Source of the DNA: Dimorphilus gyrociliatus
Taxonomy: Eukaryota > Animalia > Annelida
Length of the DNA stretch: 64,000 bases
Reading direction: 5' to 3'
Assembly (NCBI GenBank): GCA_904063045.1
Contig: CAJFCJ010000007.1
Coordinates: forward strand, 1,508,873 to 1,572,872
Shown here: piece by piece, positions 50,450-61,909 of the stretch
How the letters are laid out: every line of letters begins with the position of its first letter
Numbering within the stretch: position 1 is the first letter of the stretch
Notes under the pieces: model-generated
The model's input: the letters and a program-made list of their open reading frames with translations, nothing else
Databases searched by the model: none
Told to the model about the DNA's origin: nothing
Made by a program: the position numbers and the translations under genes

Positions 50450-50861
50450 CTGATTAGGATATTTTTATATGCGACTTTTCTTAAATCTTATTATAGACGA
50501 AAATTTTAATACAAAATTGTGTGCTTGATCGATTAATTATAGTGGCAAAGCAATGAATACAACGTTTATCGAAGTGGGCAAACATTGTTGACAGCCTATT
50601 TCGTTCTATATCAATAGCGCCTTTAAAGTTTGCATAATCATGTATTGTTAAACGGATCGATTACCTGTCGACAAGCTTTCATTTAAAGTCCAACTCTTTC
50701 TTGTGAACGGCTATTGTAGAAAATTTTTGATATAAAAGTGACTATTTTGTACGGTAAGTGAATATCCTATGGTATATATAATAATATAAACAAAATATTT
50801 TAAGAATATTTCTCAATCTATCGGCTTTAGTTATCAAATATTTCAAATACTTGCCTACGAT

Positions 50862-51170
50862 ATGCCCATTCGATGGACCTGTCCTGGCAGCCCGGACTGC
50901 ACCAAAGTTTTCTTGTACGCTTCTCCTTTAAGAGCCCATGTTCAGGTATGTCGACACGCTATGGAAAGGAGAGTGAATTCGAGTGACGATGCTAAAAAAG
51001 TGTTGGATTCAATTTTGGATGTAATGAGTGTTGTTGAGGATCAACAAAGGGGTAATATCACAATCTGCAGACGTAACAAACCATTCCATAGACCCACATA
51101 TCCTACTTATGCTCGGCAGTGGCCAGAAACAAACGGATACTGTGTGCCAAAGTTAAAACATGATTTATAG
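50862..51170 (+). CDS. Small orphan protein (102 aa) with an N-terminal C-x5-C-x12-H-x3-C zinc-finger-like motif
   Basis: WTCPGSPDCTKVFLYASPLRAHVQVC; GC-richer than the flanks; candidate 5'UTR intron (donor gtaagt ~50755, acceptor ~50829). Confidence 0.55.
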   Translation: MPIRWTCPGSPDCTKVFLYASPLRAHVQVCRHAMERRVNSSDDAKKVLDSILDVMSVVEDQQRGNITICRRNKPFHRPTYPTYARQWPETNGYCVPKLKHDL

Positions 51171-51984
51171 AATGATTCTACAAGTATTGCATTTATTAAA
51201 TACAAATCGATTACATCAAAAATTCAAACGAATTTAGTCTGTAATCAACTTTGAAAAAATCAAAATCTCTTTGTGGCTATATATGGTAACTCCTTTATAA
51301 TTGTTTGTTTAGTAATTAACATTAAATAAATTCTAATGCGAAATAAAGAATTTATTCCCCCTTCCCACCCAAAAGTCACCTTTTGTTTGATTGTTAATTA
51401 ATGATTAATAAAAGATATTAAGTGATAATACTTTTTTTAAAGCCTGATTATAGATATTATTTTTCAGCTACAATGTAATCAGTGATATCTGCAGGCCACA
51501 TTATCTTATTGAAAGGTGGAAATATTTTTATGACCAAAAGCTTTGAAATCATTAGGAGAATTATCGATTCGCAAACAACTTAAAAACGTAACTGTCAACT
51601 TTTTCTCAATGTTCATAACAGCTCTTCTATTGACATAGATCATTGTCTATTTCAATACTGGGTCACTCGATTAGATAGACCGAAAATATTGATTTCAAAT
51701 TAACTGAAAGCGTCTTTTGATGCAATAAAAAATATCTTATTCCCTTTCATTATGCTAATTTTATTGAAAAATAGGTGATTTAAGTGTTTAATTCTTGGTG
51801 CTAAAATCCTTACAAATGGTTTAATTGCTTTTACTTAATGAATAATAACTTTAAAAAATACTTTATTGCTAGTCGATATTTTTCAAATAAGTTATATTAC
51901 AAACCGGTCAGTTAAAAGTGGTTACCGAAGGAACCGGTTACTTCGTGCACAGTGAATGTCACTAAGCCTATACAATGAGCAAGA

Positions 51985-53583
51985 TGGCTGCTTCCATAAC
52001 GCCAGCGAATTACTACTATCGAAAATCTAGGTAAGTAGATAAAATTTGCCTTTTATTTTTCGATTAATCTATTTATTATACTTTTAGCGGTCCGTTGACA
52101 AAAAAATATTACGAAGATGCAATGTATAACATGTCAAGTTTCAACCTTAAAATTTCGAATGAAAGAAAAATGAGACTACCATTCTTGGATAGTCAGACGC
52201 GTATTGCACAAAATCATTGCCATTTGTGGGCATCTCCTCATGAAAGGGAACCTGGAGCTGTTCTAGGTCAAATTTATACATACCCACAGCGTAAATGGAA
52301 AAAAAGAAAGAGAGAGACACCTAGTCAACAGGATTTAATTACAAAAGCTCACGAAGGTAAAATAACTGATGAGGATTTACAAAGGATAAGCACTGCTGAA
52401 AATCCGGCAATTGTTGGCATACGATGCAATATTGAAAAACAACAAAGTCAAACGGTAGATTCTCCTAGCAGGGAAAATAGTCGAGATAAGTGGTACGTTG
52501 AAGACTATGATGAGTTAGATGAGCCCCCTGATGCTGGGGAAATAGACGATCCAAATTCAGACTCTTCAGACTTCGAAGATCAATTTGTTAAGAGAAAACG
52601 CAAGAAGAACAAACAAACAAAGGTAACTTCCAACAAAGGTTTAAAACCTTTTACTATGATTTTGCTGTTTCAGTCTTATGGAGGGAGACCAAAAAGCAAA
52701 AGAACAGCTCGGTCTACTATGGAAGGTGATTTTGAAGATCGAGAAAAACCATATAAATGCGAAAGTATGTCATATATTTATATATATATATAACATTTAA
52801 AAACAAGTTTTCTAAAGCTATATTTTTGCTAAAAATTAATTTTATTTTTTATAACAAAGATTTCTTACTTTTTAGGTTGTGGTGCTCGCTATAAAACCAG
52901 AGCAGGTTTACACTATCATATGAATCATTATCATGCCCCTCATCATCCAAGAAATGCATCCCCACCACAATCAACATCTCAAGATACCACCGAAACTGTT
53001 TCTGGTGAGTAACCCAGAATTTGTTCCCAAGTGAAAAGATTAAGCAAAAAGTATTGTTATCTTCTACAGGAAGGTCAACTCGGAATTCAGCACAGCCAGC
53101 AACATTCTCTCAGCCCGCTCCTCCACCAGCAACTACTCAGGCATCACGCTCTGAAGTTGATGAAAAGGCTGAAGCCAATGATTATTGTGATTTTTGTCTT
53201 GGCGATAAGAATAAAAATACGCATACTGGCATTAGAGAAGACTTAGTTTCTTGTTCCGATTGTGGCAGATCTGGGCATCCTTCTTGCCTTCAATTTACGG
53301 CCAATATGATAACTTCGGTCAAAAAATATGCTTGGCAATGTATAGAATGTAAAAGCTGTGGCTTGTGCGGAACGTCTGATAATGACGACCAACTTTTATT
53401 TTGCGATGACTGCGACAGAGGTTACCACATGTATTGCTTAAAACCACCTCTGTCTGAACCACCAGAAGGTAAGATTTTTGTTCCGATTATACTGTTTATC
53501 TAATTAATATTTATTTATCAGGGAGTTGGAGTTGTCATTTGTGCATCAATGAATTTCATGGCGGTAAAAAAGACACGAAATAA
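51985..53583 (+). CDS. DPF2: D4/DPF family BAF subunit (Requiem N domain, C2H2 finger, double PHD); ~6 exons
   Basis: [40 protein letters not shown]|[26 protein letters not shown]...[62 protein letters not shown]. Confidence 0.95.
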
Positions 53584-53952
53584 CATGCTTTCTTCTACTT
53601 TTCTCATATTGGTTTTATTTGATAATATAAATTTTATATTATGAAAAATATTTGTATAATCCATCTTCTAGACAGATTAATTGTATAAAAGAATTTCGAG
53701 TTAGCTCTGCTTTTACATTTGTATTTGTGCTTTAATATTTTTATTGGTGCACCTTGATCATTTTGTTGATTTTCTATGTATCTCAGCCCATCGTTCAAGT
53801 ACTTTCTATACTAATTAAATTATACTCAAACAAAGATGTTAAAAATCTGTTACTTTAGAAATACAAATAAATTTGAACGAAAACTGGTAATATTTCGCCC
53901 TTCTATTTATCTCAGGGTCGATATTGTAAGGTTTTTAATATTTTTCAAAAAT

Positions 53953-54822
53953 ATGCAATCTTCACCAGTTGAAAAAACGAATACTGGCAATGGAAATAAT
54001 TGGAAAAGTGTAAAAAGAAGAAGGAAGCAGATATTAATAGCTCGAGATGCATCAGTTCCGGTCGATTCCGAGAAAGAAGTCCACAACAATGCTCGTGAAG
54101 ATTATGAAAAGTTTAATAAATTAAATAAAATATTCTATCAAAGATCATGGGTTCGAGCATCTAAGAGCAAGAAACGAAAGACTTTAACTGCAATATCTTA
54201 CGCAAAGTTTAAGAAGAGCATACCTAAAATACTTAAGAAGTCAAAAAATACGAAGCTTTCTCTTAGGCCTAGGACACCTACACCTCCCTTACCCCCTCCA
54301 AGACTTCCTTGTCTGGAAAATTTGGATTATAATAAAAATTGTAACGAAACATTATCATCTTTTCAGTTAGAAAATAATGAAATGAAAAAGCAAAAGCGTA
54401 ATAGGAAAAAGCTTAATGCAGGAAAAGCAAAACATAATACGAATGACACAAAAACCAAATCAAAGATACCCATGAAAAAGTTAAAACGTTCAAAATTCGG
54501 ATGCTTTTTATGCAGAGAGCATTCATTAGATCGTGTGTATGGCCCATACGATATTGATAATTTGAAAGTTCATATTCACGAGCACTGCTTAATTTGGTCT
54601 ACAGGTGTTTATTTAAAAGAGGATGGTGAACTCGAAGGATTAAAAGAAATTGTAAAACGGCAGAAAAAGTGTTCAAAGTGCAACAAAGTCGTTGCTACAG
54701 TATGCTGTTCAGTAAAGAGATGTAACGCTATATTCCATTGGCCTTGTGTGAAAGAATCGAGCGAGCATATAAAAAATAACAATAGTTTTTTAGTAAACTG
54801 CCGCAAACACACTAAGATATAA
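53953..54822 (+). CDS. Basic nuclear protein with a C-terminal extended PHD (ePHD, TCF20/RAI1-like); the provided ORF starts at 53836 but its first ~39 codons look intron-like
   Basis: CFLC...VYGPY...HIHEHCLIWSTGVYL...LEGL...CSKCNKVVATVCC...CNAIFHWPC...C..H resembles the RAI1/TCF20 ePHD (HEACAVWTGGVYL). K/R-rich NLS-like stretches. Confidence 0.78.
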   Translation: MQSSPVEKTNTGNGNNWKSVKRRRKQILIARDASVPVDSEKEVHNNAREDYEKFNKLNKIFYQRSWVRASKSKKRKTLTAISYAKFKKSIPKILKKSKNTKLSLRPRTPTPPLPPPRLPCLENLDYNKNCNETLSSFQLENNEMKKQKRNRKKLNAGKAKHNTNDTKTKSKIPMKKLKRSKFGCFLCREHSLDRVYGPYDIDNLKVHIHEHCLIWSTGVYLKEDGELEGLKEIVKRQKKCSKCNKVVATVCCSVKRCNAIFHWPCVKESSEHIKNNNSFLVNCRKHTKI

Positions 54823-55671
54823 TACATTTAAAAAAAAAGAAACTTTATTTAGATTAACTCATTGTTTTTCCCATTATTTACAAGCTTCAAATGTTGAACA
54901 TTTTATTTTTATACTAGATGTCGTAGCGGACAACTGTAGTTATGTGTTTTCATAAGTGCGAGAATATACACGTATCGTTAAATAAGGCTGAATGTTTATC
55001 GCACAAACATTCTTTGTAAACTGTACATTCAACATACTTTTCACTTACGTCAGGACATCTACTATTAAAGATAGAGAAGAAGAGATCATCTTAATAAATT
55101 ATCTGGTAAGTTATATTTAAAAGTGTTTGATATTCGTAGAATCAAAGTCGTAGGGTAGAGTTAATTTTTATACGATTAGCTTCATCCATTAGTAGAAGGT
55201 ATCCATCGATGAATATTTAAGTTGATATGCAATACCTATCGATCACATTTGTGGATTGAATATTCCTTATCATTAATTATTCAGTTATCAATCACTGTTT
55301 TGTTGATCGTCTTCTACTATTGTTTAAAAGTGCATTAATTAAATTTCAAGATATTTACTAAGTAAATTGACGAATAGGCTAAATCATGAATTTTGCTGTC
55401 TAATAATCTGTAAAAATATTGACACTTAACACTGTACTAGCTTTTGTACAAATTGGCGCACATAAAACCAACAGAGAAGCCGACAAAATTCTTTTGATTT
55501 TATTCTTGATCTTGATCAATAAATATACACCAGGTACGATAAAAATTGGAAAAGTATCGTGAATCGAACGTATCTTCTACACTCGGCCATTTGATATAAG
55601 GTTTTTTTTTGTAACACTCAATCGGGATATTTGCCGTCCTGCTTATTAGCGATACATATTCGTTACATTTC

Positions 55672-56097
55672 ATGGACGGTATGTCTGGTCGTCCTATTAG
55701 CGTAGCAAGCGTTTTTGATTGGACTGATGCTCTACCAAGGAATAAAGTTAATCCTCCACCTGGAAGATTCGTTTATAGGAACAGAAAATCAATGACAAAA
55801 GGAGAACTAGAAATTCTAACAGGCTTATACAATAATCGCCTGGAAAAGAAAAAATCCAAATGTTTCAAAAATTTACAGTCTGTTACCAATTTTAAAGAAA
55901 AATTGATAAATTCGTCTAAAAGGCAGGAGAAGGATATCAATAAAGAACAAGACTCTACTCCTACAGCTCCAACAGGAATATCTGGTCCTCCAAGAACTAT
56001 CATTAACATTAGGTTACCAAGAGCACATTCTCCACCGGCCGCCCCTTGCTCTAGTCCGGAGATAACAAGACGATCAAGTGGTGAGGAACTTCCTTGA
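55672..56097 (+). CDS. Uncharacterised 141-aa basic, Pro-rich protein
   Basis: Stop-free ORF with coding-like composition in AT-rich surroundings; no family recognised. Confidence 0.55.
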   Translation: MDGMSGRPISVASVFDWTDALPRNKVNPPPGRFVYRNRKSMTKGELEILTGLYNNRLEKKKSKCFKNLQSVTNFKEKLINSSKRQEKDINKEQDSTPTAPTGISGPPRTIINIRLPRAHSPPAAPCSSPEITRRSSGEELP

Positions 56098-56748
56098 TTG
56101 ATTTAACTGCACTTAGAGTTTTCGCAAGAAAAATGAACTAAATTGATTACTACTTGAAGAACACTCAATAATAAGCAATATATTTTTGTTTGGTATGAGG
56201 TAAATTCATATTTCTACCCTAAAACCCCCATAATAAATCAAATTAATCGTATTTTTTTTGTGCTCACCTTGTATATATTAGTAAATATTATTAGATAAGC
56301 TGCAAATAGGAAATGAAATTATGAATAAAATAAAGCATTAAAATAAACATAAAAGAAATATCAAAAATTTATCAATTGTTCTTTAGAGGAAATATTTTGA
56401 CATAAAAACAAAAAGACATAGATTGTTAACAGCTCAAACAAAAAATATTTATACAGCTTAAAAATCATATATTTTAATAATAAGCCACAGACTTCTATTT
56501 AGAAGATTGAATAATAACCGGAACACACATTTTAGCCTAAATATGTTTTATAACCTATATGCGGAGTGATCGGAAAGCCTAATTTCTACGAATCTAAAAT
56601 CTGTGTATAGGATAAGGTAATGTCGTAGCCTGTTTTGGATTTCCCGCCGTTAACTGATAGCCTCGCGGTGAATTGAAATGTTACGACGCCATCTATAGTA
56701 AAAGGTTTATCTCTTTCGCTTATGAAAAGGCTGATAAACGGCGTAGAT

Positions 56749-57446
56749 ATGTTAAATATTCGAAATGCGGCCCGTCACAACCAAAATTATAAGTTAGTGG
56801 TTGTTGGAGGTGGCGGAGTCGGCAAAAGCGCGTTAACTATTCAATTTATCCAGGTACGTGCGTATAACAAATAGTCATTGCATATATATATTTGTTTTGT
56901 GTTCAGAGTTATTTTGTAACCGATTACGATCCAACTATTGAAGACTCTTATTCGAAGCAATGTGTCATTGATGGAGTTGTTGCTCGCTTAGACAGTAAGA
57001 TAATTCTACTATTTATCAAACAAAACTAAAATGTCTTCTGCTAAACAGTATTGGACACTGCTGGACAGGAAGAATTTAGCGCAATGAGGGAACAATATAT
57101 GAGATCAGGGGAGGGGTTTATTGTTTTATATTCGGTAGCCGATAGGAATAGTTTCGATGATGTCTCGAAAATGTTTAAGCAAATCTGTCGTGTAAAAGAA
57201 AGTGAAGACTATCCGATGCTGATCGTTGGTAATAAAATCGATTTAGAGAATCAAAGAAATGTTTCCACGGAAGAGGGACGTAATTTGGCAAACAGTCTAG
57301 GTCTACAATTTGTTGAGGCAAGTGCCAAACTGGGAACAAACGTTGAACTTTGTTTTCATCAGTTAGTACGGATTGTTAGGAAGTATAGAGCCACAACTAC
57401 ACAAGATTCAAAAAATTCCTGCCGTAAAAAGTGTATCCTGCTCTAA
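56749..57446 (+). CDS. RRAS2: Ras-family small GTPase, R-Ras2/TC21-like; 3 exons (in-frame upstream ATG at 56722)
   Basis: [22 protein letters not shown]|[15 protein letters not shown]...LD|[35 protein letters not shown] box CILL. Confidence 0.92.
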
Positions 57447-57798
57447 CGCAAAAATCGATACGACCGACTCTTGCCGTCTTAACATAGAGTCTAGTCATCA
57501 ATTACTACTAGTCGCATATATATGTATGTATTTTTGACATATGCATATGATTCTTGTTTATGCTTTGTATGAGATACATATATATATTTTCATGTATGTG
57601 TTTATACAGATATACATATATACATATATATTAAGTATAAACTTATACATACGATATTTGTATAAGTGAATGTTAAGAAAGCATGTGCTAAATTTGAAAG
57701 TTATATATTTCGGACCAATCAATAAACGCCGCATTTTCTATTATTAAACTATAAATTAGATAATTACAGCAAAGAAACTAAAATGTCAAAGAGTTTTT

Positions 57799-60700
57799 TT
57801 AATGTTCACCAACAGCAACAGAACTGGTTGGTTTAAATTTTTTCTGAGAAGAATTCACCTTATCGCCCAAACTTAAAGCCATACCTTGGCTCTTGGCCCT
57901 AATTCGAATATGACCCTGAACCACAACAGCTTTATTTCCTGACGGAGGCAACTCGATACTAACGTTTGCCAAAGCGTGCTCTCCGAAAATCGACTTGGCA
58001 TACAAATTCGCTGCCATAAATCCACAATGACCGTCCAAAGCTGCTGGTGGCGTTAGACAGCGCATATTCGTTGCTTTCAGCAACTGGTCCAAATAGTCAC
58101 GTAGGTCGGTTAACTGAGTAGTGACAGCGACTTTATTTTCCCATTCAAATTCAGCCCACATCAGTCGGAAGTCGGTATCAGTGCAAGAGGCAGGCACCAG
58201 ATAATCCATAATGTCAATATGTAAGTCGGACAGAACAACACAGTTACCACTTGAAGCTGCCGAAGACACGTCATAAACAATGTTTCCAAATATTATACCA
58301 TTTTCGGTGCTAGCTACTTTTACTGACGCCTTTATATTACTGAAATCATTTGGTGCCAGTGTAACTGGTGAGGGTTTTTCAACCAACTTTAAGTCCCCTA
58401 GAGTTGCTAATTCAAGTACAACATTCTGTAATGTATCTGCTGTCTGGTTGACGATTAGAACATCCAATACTATATCGTATTGATTGACGTTTACGTATGC
58501 TTCGGCATAAACTGGATCAGAGAATCCGGTCAACTGTGTGACTTTATTTAACTTCGAGGACGATATTGTGTCGGTTTTTTCACCTTTAACGCCTAAGGCT
58601 TGACTGAGCGTTAACTCAAACAAATCTTCGCCAACTCCCAGCTCATTACTATCTAATAGCTGTGAAAACGTTACAGGTGAATCGGCGTGAACCTTAACAG
58701 TTGAACCAGATTTCTTTGTAGCCTCTTCCTTCTCTTCTTTGGCAACGGCAGCCAGCATTTCTCTTAAGGCATTTCTGCAATCATCTATGTATGCGTGTTT
58801 TAACACTGGAACCTGTTCACATAATGCTCTCATCGAGAGGCATAATCTATCATAATCGTCTTCATTGATTGGTTTTGTGGGCATACCAGATTTTCCATAA
58901 TGCATGATACAAGCAACAATGTACAAACATTCACCGACAAATCTATTTTGTTTTTCCTTCTCGGGTACCAAAGTTACATAGCGTAAAGCCATCTTGGTGA
59001 GAGTTGTGCTGAGGGCAGCGGCAACGAAAAATTCTCCATCAGAAAAGAAAGATCTGAGAACTGGACGCTCCCTTTTCGTGTTGCTTGAAGACGTTGAAAT
59101 CAGGGCTGATTGTGTAGCATATGTACCGTCGGCTGTTACCAAACGTTGAACATTAGTATTAGGCGCCGTTAATTGTTCGCTTGTTTCACCGCCTGCTTCT
59201 GCTAATAATTGGTGTTGCTCGTCCTCAACAATAGGCAGTTCACCTAAAGACTGACGGATTAAGGTCATAACAGCTTGTAAATCCTCCACGCTCTTACAGT
59301 ATTCGCCTAAAATCCAAATGGCAGCTCTATATATCTTTACTGATCTTATAGATGAGAATGTTTCTAATAATTTTTCAATCATTAGATTACGATGCTGTTC
59401 GAACTTTTGCATAGCTTCTCTTATAAAAACTAAAACATCTACTGCAGCCGATTCATTTTGATCCGATAAGAATTCGATGAGAACAGGAATAACAGACGCA
59501 GCCTGGTCAGGGAATTTGATAGTGCAGTGATGAAGTGTTCGAACTAGTAATTGCCTATATTTTCCCATATCCTCTTGTTCAGTTGAATTATTGGTCTTAA
59601 CAATTTCTTTACGTAGAACTTGAACTAATTCTTCAATATTTCTCGATGATATCAAATCCAAAACTAGATCTAATGTCTTCTTGCGTACATCCAAGTCTGG
59701 TGTAATAAGTACTCGAACTATGTCCATGATTAGTTCTTGCAAGACTTTCTCGTGCAATTCTTTGAGCTGTACGAGTCGGTCAAGAACAATTAGTTTCACA
59801 TTGTTATCACTCTCCTTGAGGATCAATTCAATGTAGGTGGATGCTGCTGCTTTTACGGCTGTTGGAGCATTGGACAGAGTTACTAAAGTACCGGCTGCCT
59901 CATATCTATGAACAAAATTTATTAGCGTATTCTTCCTATAACAGAAAACATTCAAACTAACCGTACTGCTGCAGAGTTAGAATTCAAAAGGTTGTAAATA
60001 CAGCGAATGAATCTTCCTCTTTCCGAAGGATTTGCGTGACAAACTTTATAGATGAGTTCAACAATTACTAATTGCAGAATGTCACCAAAACTGTTTACTT
60101 GGTCTATACAGCTGCATAAGTAATTTAGTGCTCGGTCCTGATCAGCATGAATGAGCATCATAAAAGCATTTCTCTTGCAAGAGGCATCTTGTTCTTGTTC
60201 TAAGAAGTTTGCAATTAATTCAGGAGCATCAGGAATAAGGAAATCAAAATTTCTGTAAAACAGATATACAGAAATGAGGGATCTATTAGTACATCATTAT
60301 GAAAAGAGCATACCTGAATATCGTAAAGATGGCCAAAACAGCATTTCGTCTAACATAAGAATGACGATGTTCCAAGCAAGAGCGAATGGCGGGCATTAAA
60401 GGTTCTAAGAGCTCAGATTCTTTGAGTTTACAAAGAAATCTTAAAGTTGATCCACGAATAAATTCATTGGGATGTTGTAAATCCTAAACAAATAAACAAT
60501 ATAGAACAATTAATGTCCTTTTTAATTATTACCTTTCTATACGCATCGCAGACTAATATCATTTCCTGCATCAATTTACCATCACTTGAATACTTTGGAA
60601 CAATTTCCCAGAAGATCAATAGTAGTTTCTTCAACATGTGATCTTGACTAGGCATGACGAACCGAATGACTGTCATAAGCAGTGAAGGCATCTTCTCTCC

Positions 60701-60901
60701 CGCTAGTATCAACTGAATAACCTTCTTAAGTGCTTCCTGTTTTTCTTTCGTTGAGCCCTTTTCTATAGACACTCAATTAGTAAAAATATTAAAAAAATAC
60801 GCTATCTTACCCAAATCCTGTTTCAACTGCAATTCATTGGCCTGTTCATCGTCATTCGATGAATATAACAGGGTATAACACGGCTGCTCGGCCGATGCCA
60901 T
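57799..60901 (-). CDS. COPB1: Coatomer subunit beta (COPI); 5-6 exons, the last >2 kb
   Basis: [115 protein letters not shown]. Confidence 0.97.
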
Positions 60902-61909
60902 AGCGTTACTAGTACTAAAATAGAAACAATATGAAATAGATAATCAGAATTAATTTGAAGGGTTTCGAAATAAATTATAAAAATGACACACAATGTTGAA
61001 AATGAAAAGGAATTAGCCTAAATAAAATGCTCTTTAACAAACAATACCTGCTTGTAGATGTCGGCATGCTAAATCTATGTGGCGATTATATAAAATTGGT
61101 CATTTATTAAAAATTGACATGGTCGGAAAATTATCAAATAAACTAAATATAATTTTAATTACCTATTTAAGGTGATAGGATATGAACTTAAATGGAAAAC
61201 GTCGGGAAAATCACTTCTGGACACGACGGCGTCAAACGTGGCGAGATTTTCTTCCCGTAGTTCGAGATCTCGTTTACGTCGTCTGTCTAGAGTGGATGAG
61301 TTTCAAAAACTAAGGCAATCAAAAACGAATGAAATAGGAGTTGGTACCAGTCTAGATATACGGAACAGAATGTTGAAGCATCGCTTCCTTCACATAAGCC
61401 CGCGATAATTTCAAAAATCTATTTGCTATTTTCTTACTTCTAGTTGAGAACTCAATAGGAAGGAGTAAACTGAGTTTAGTGAAAATTAGAATAAATGAAG
61501 TTTAATTTTCTCAGGACAGAACTTCATTCAGTCTCTATGAAAGCTCAAAAGGTGCTCTATAAAACTAAATACTAAACTGCTGTTTTTATAAAGAGGCTAT
61601 GTAAACGATGATATGTATAACTTTCGAAACTCCATTATCATCGTCATTTGAGATAGTCTTTGTAAAATGATGGAATTAATAAATTTCTCAGTGTGAGCTA
61701 ATCTAGTTTACAACGTAAACTTATACCTTTTTCATTTCTAGCTCTAAACTGCTTTTGAAATTTGTTCAGGCAACTACTGCACTCTCTTTAATAAGCCAAT
61801 AAATTTTTCTAACAATGCTTTCGGATTATAGAATAATGACAAAATCTTTCACGCCATCTGGACAATAACAGGGGAATTTTAATGCTTAGCAACATCCACT
61901 TGTGTCAAC

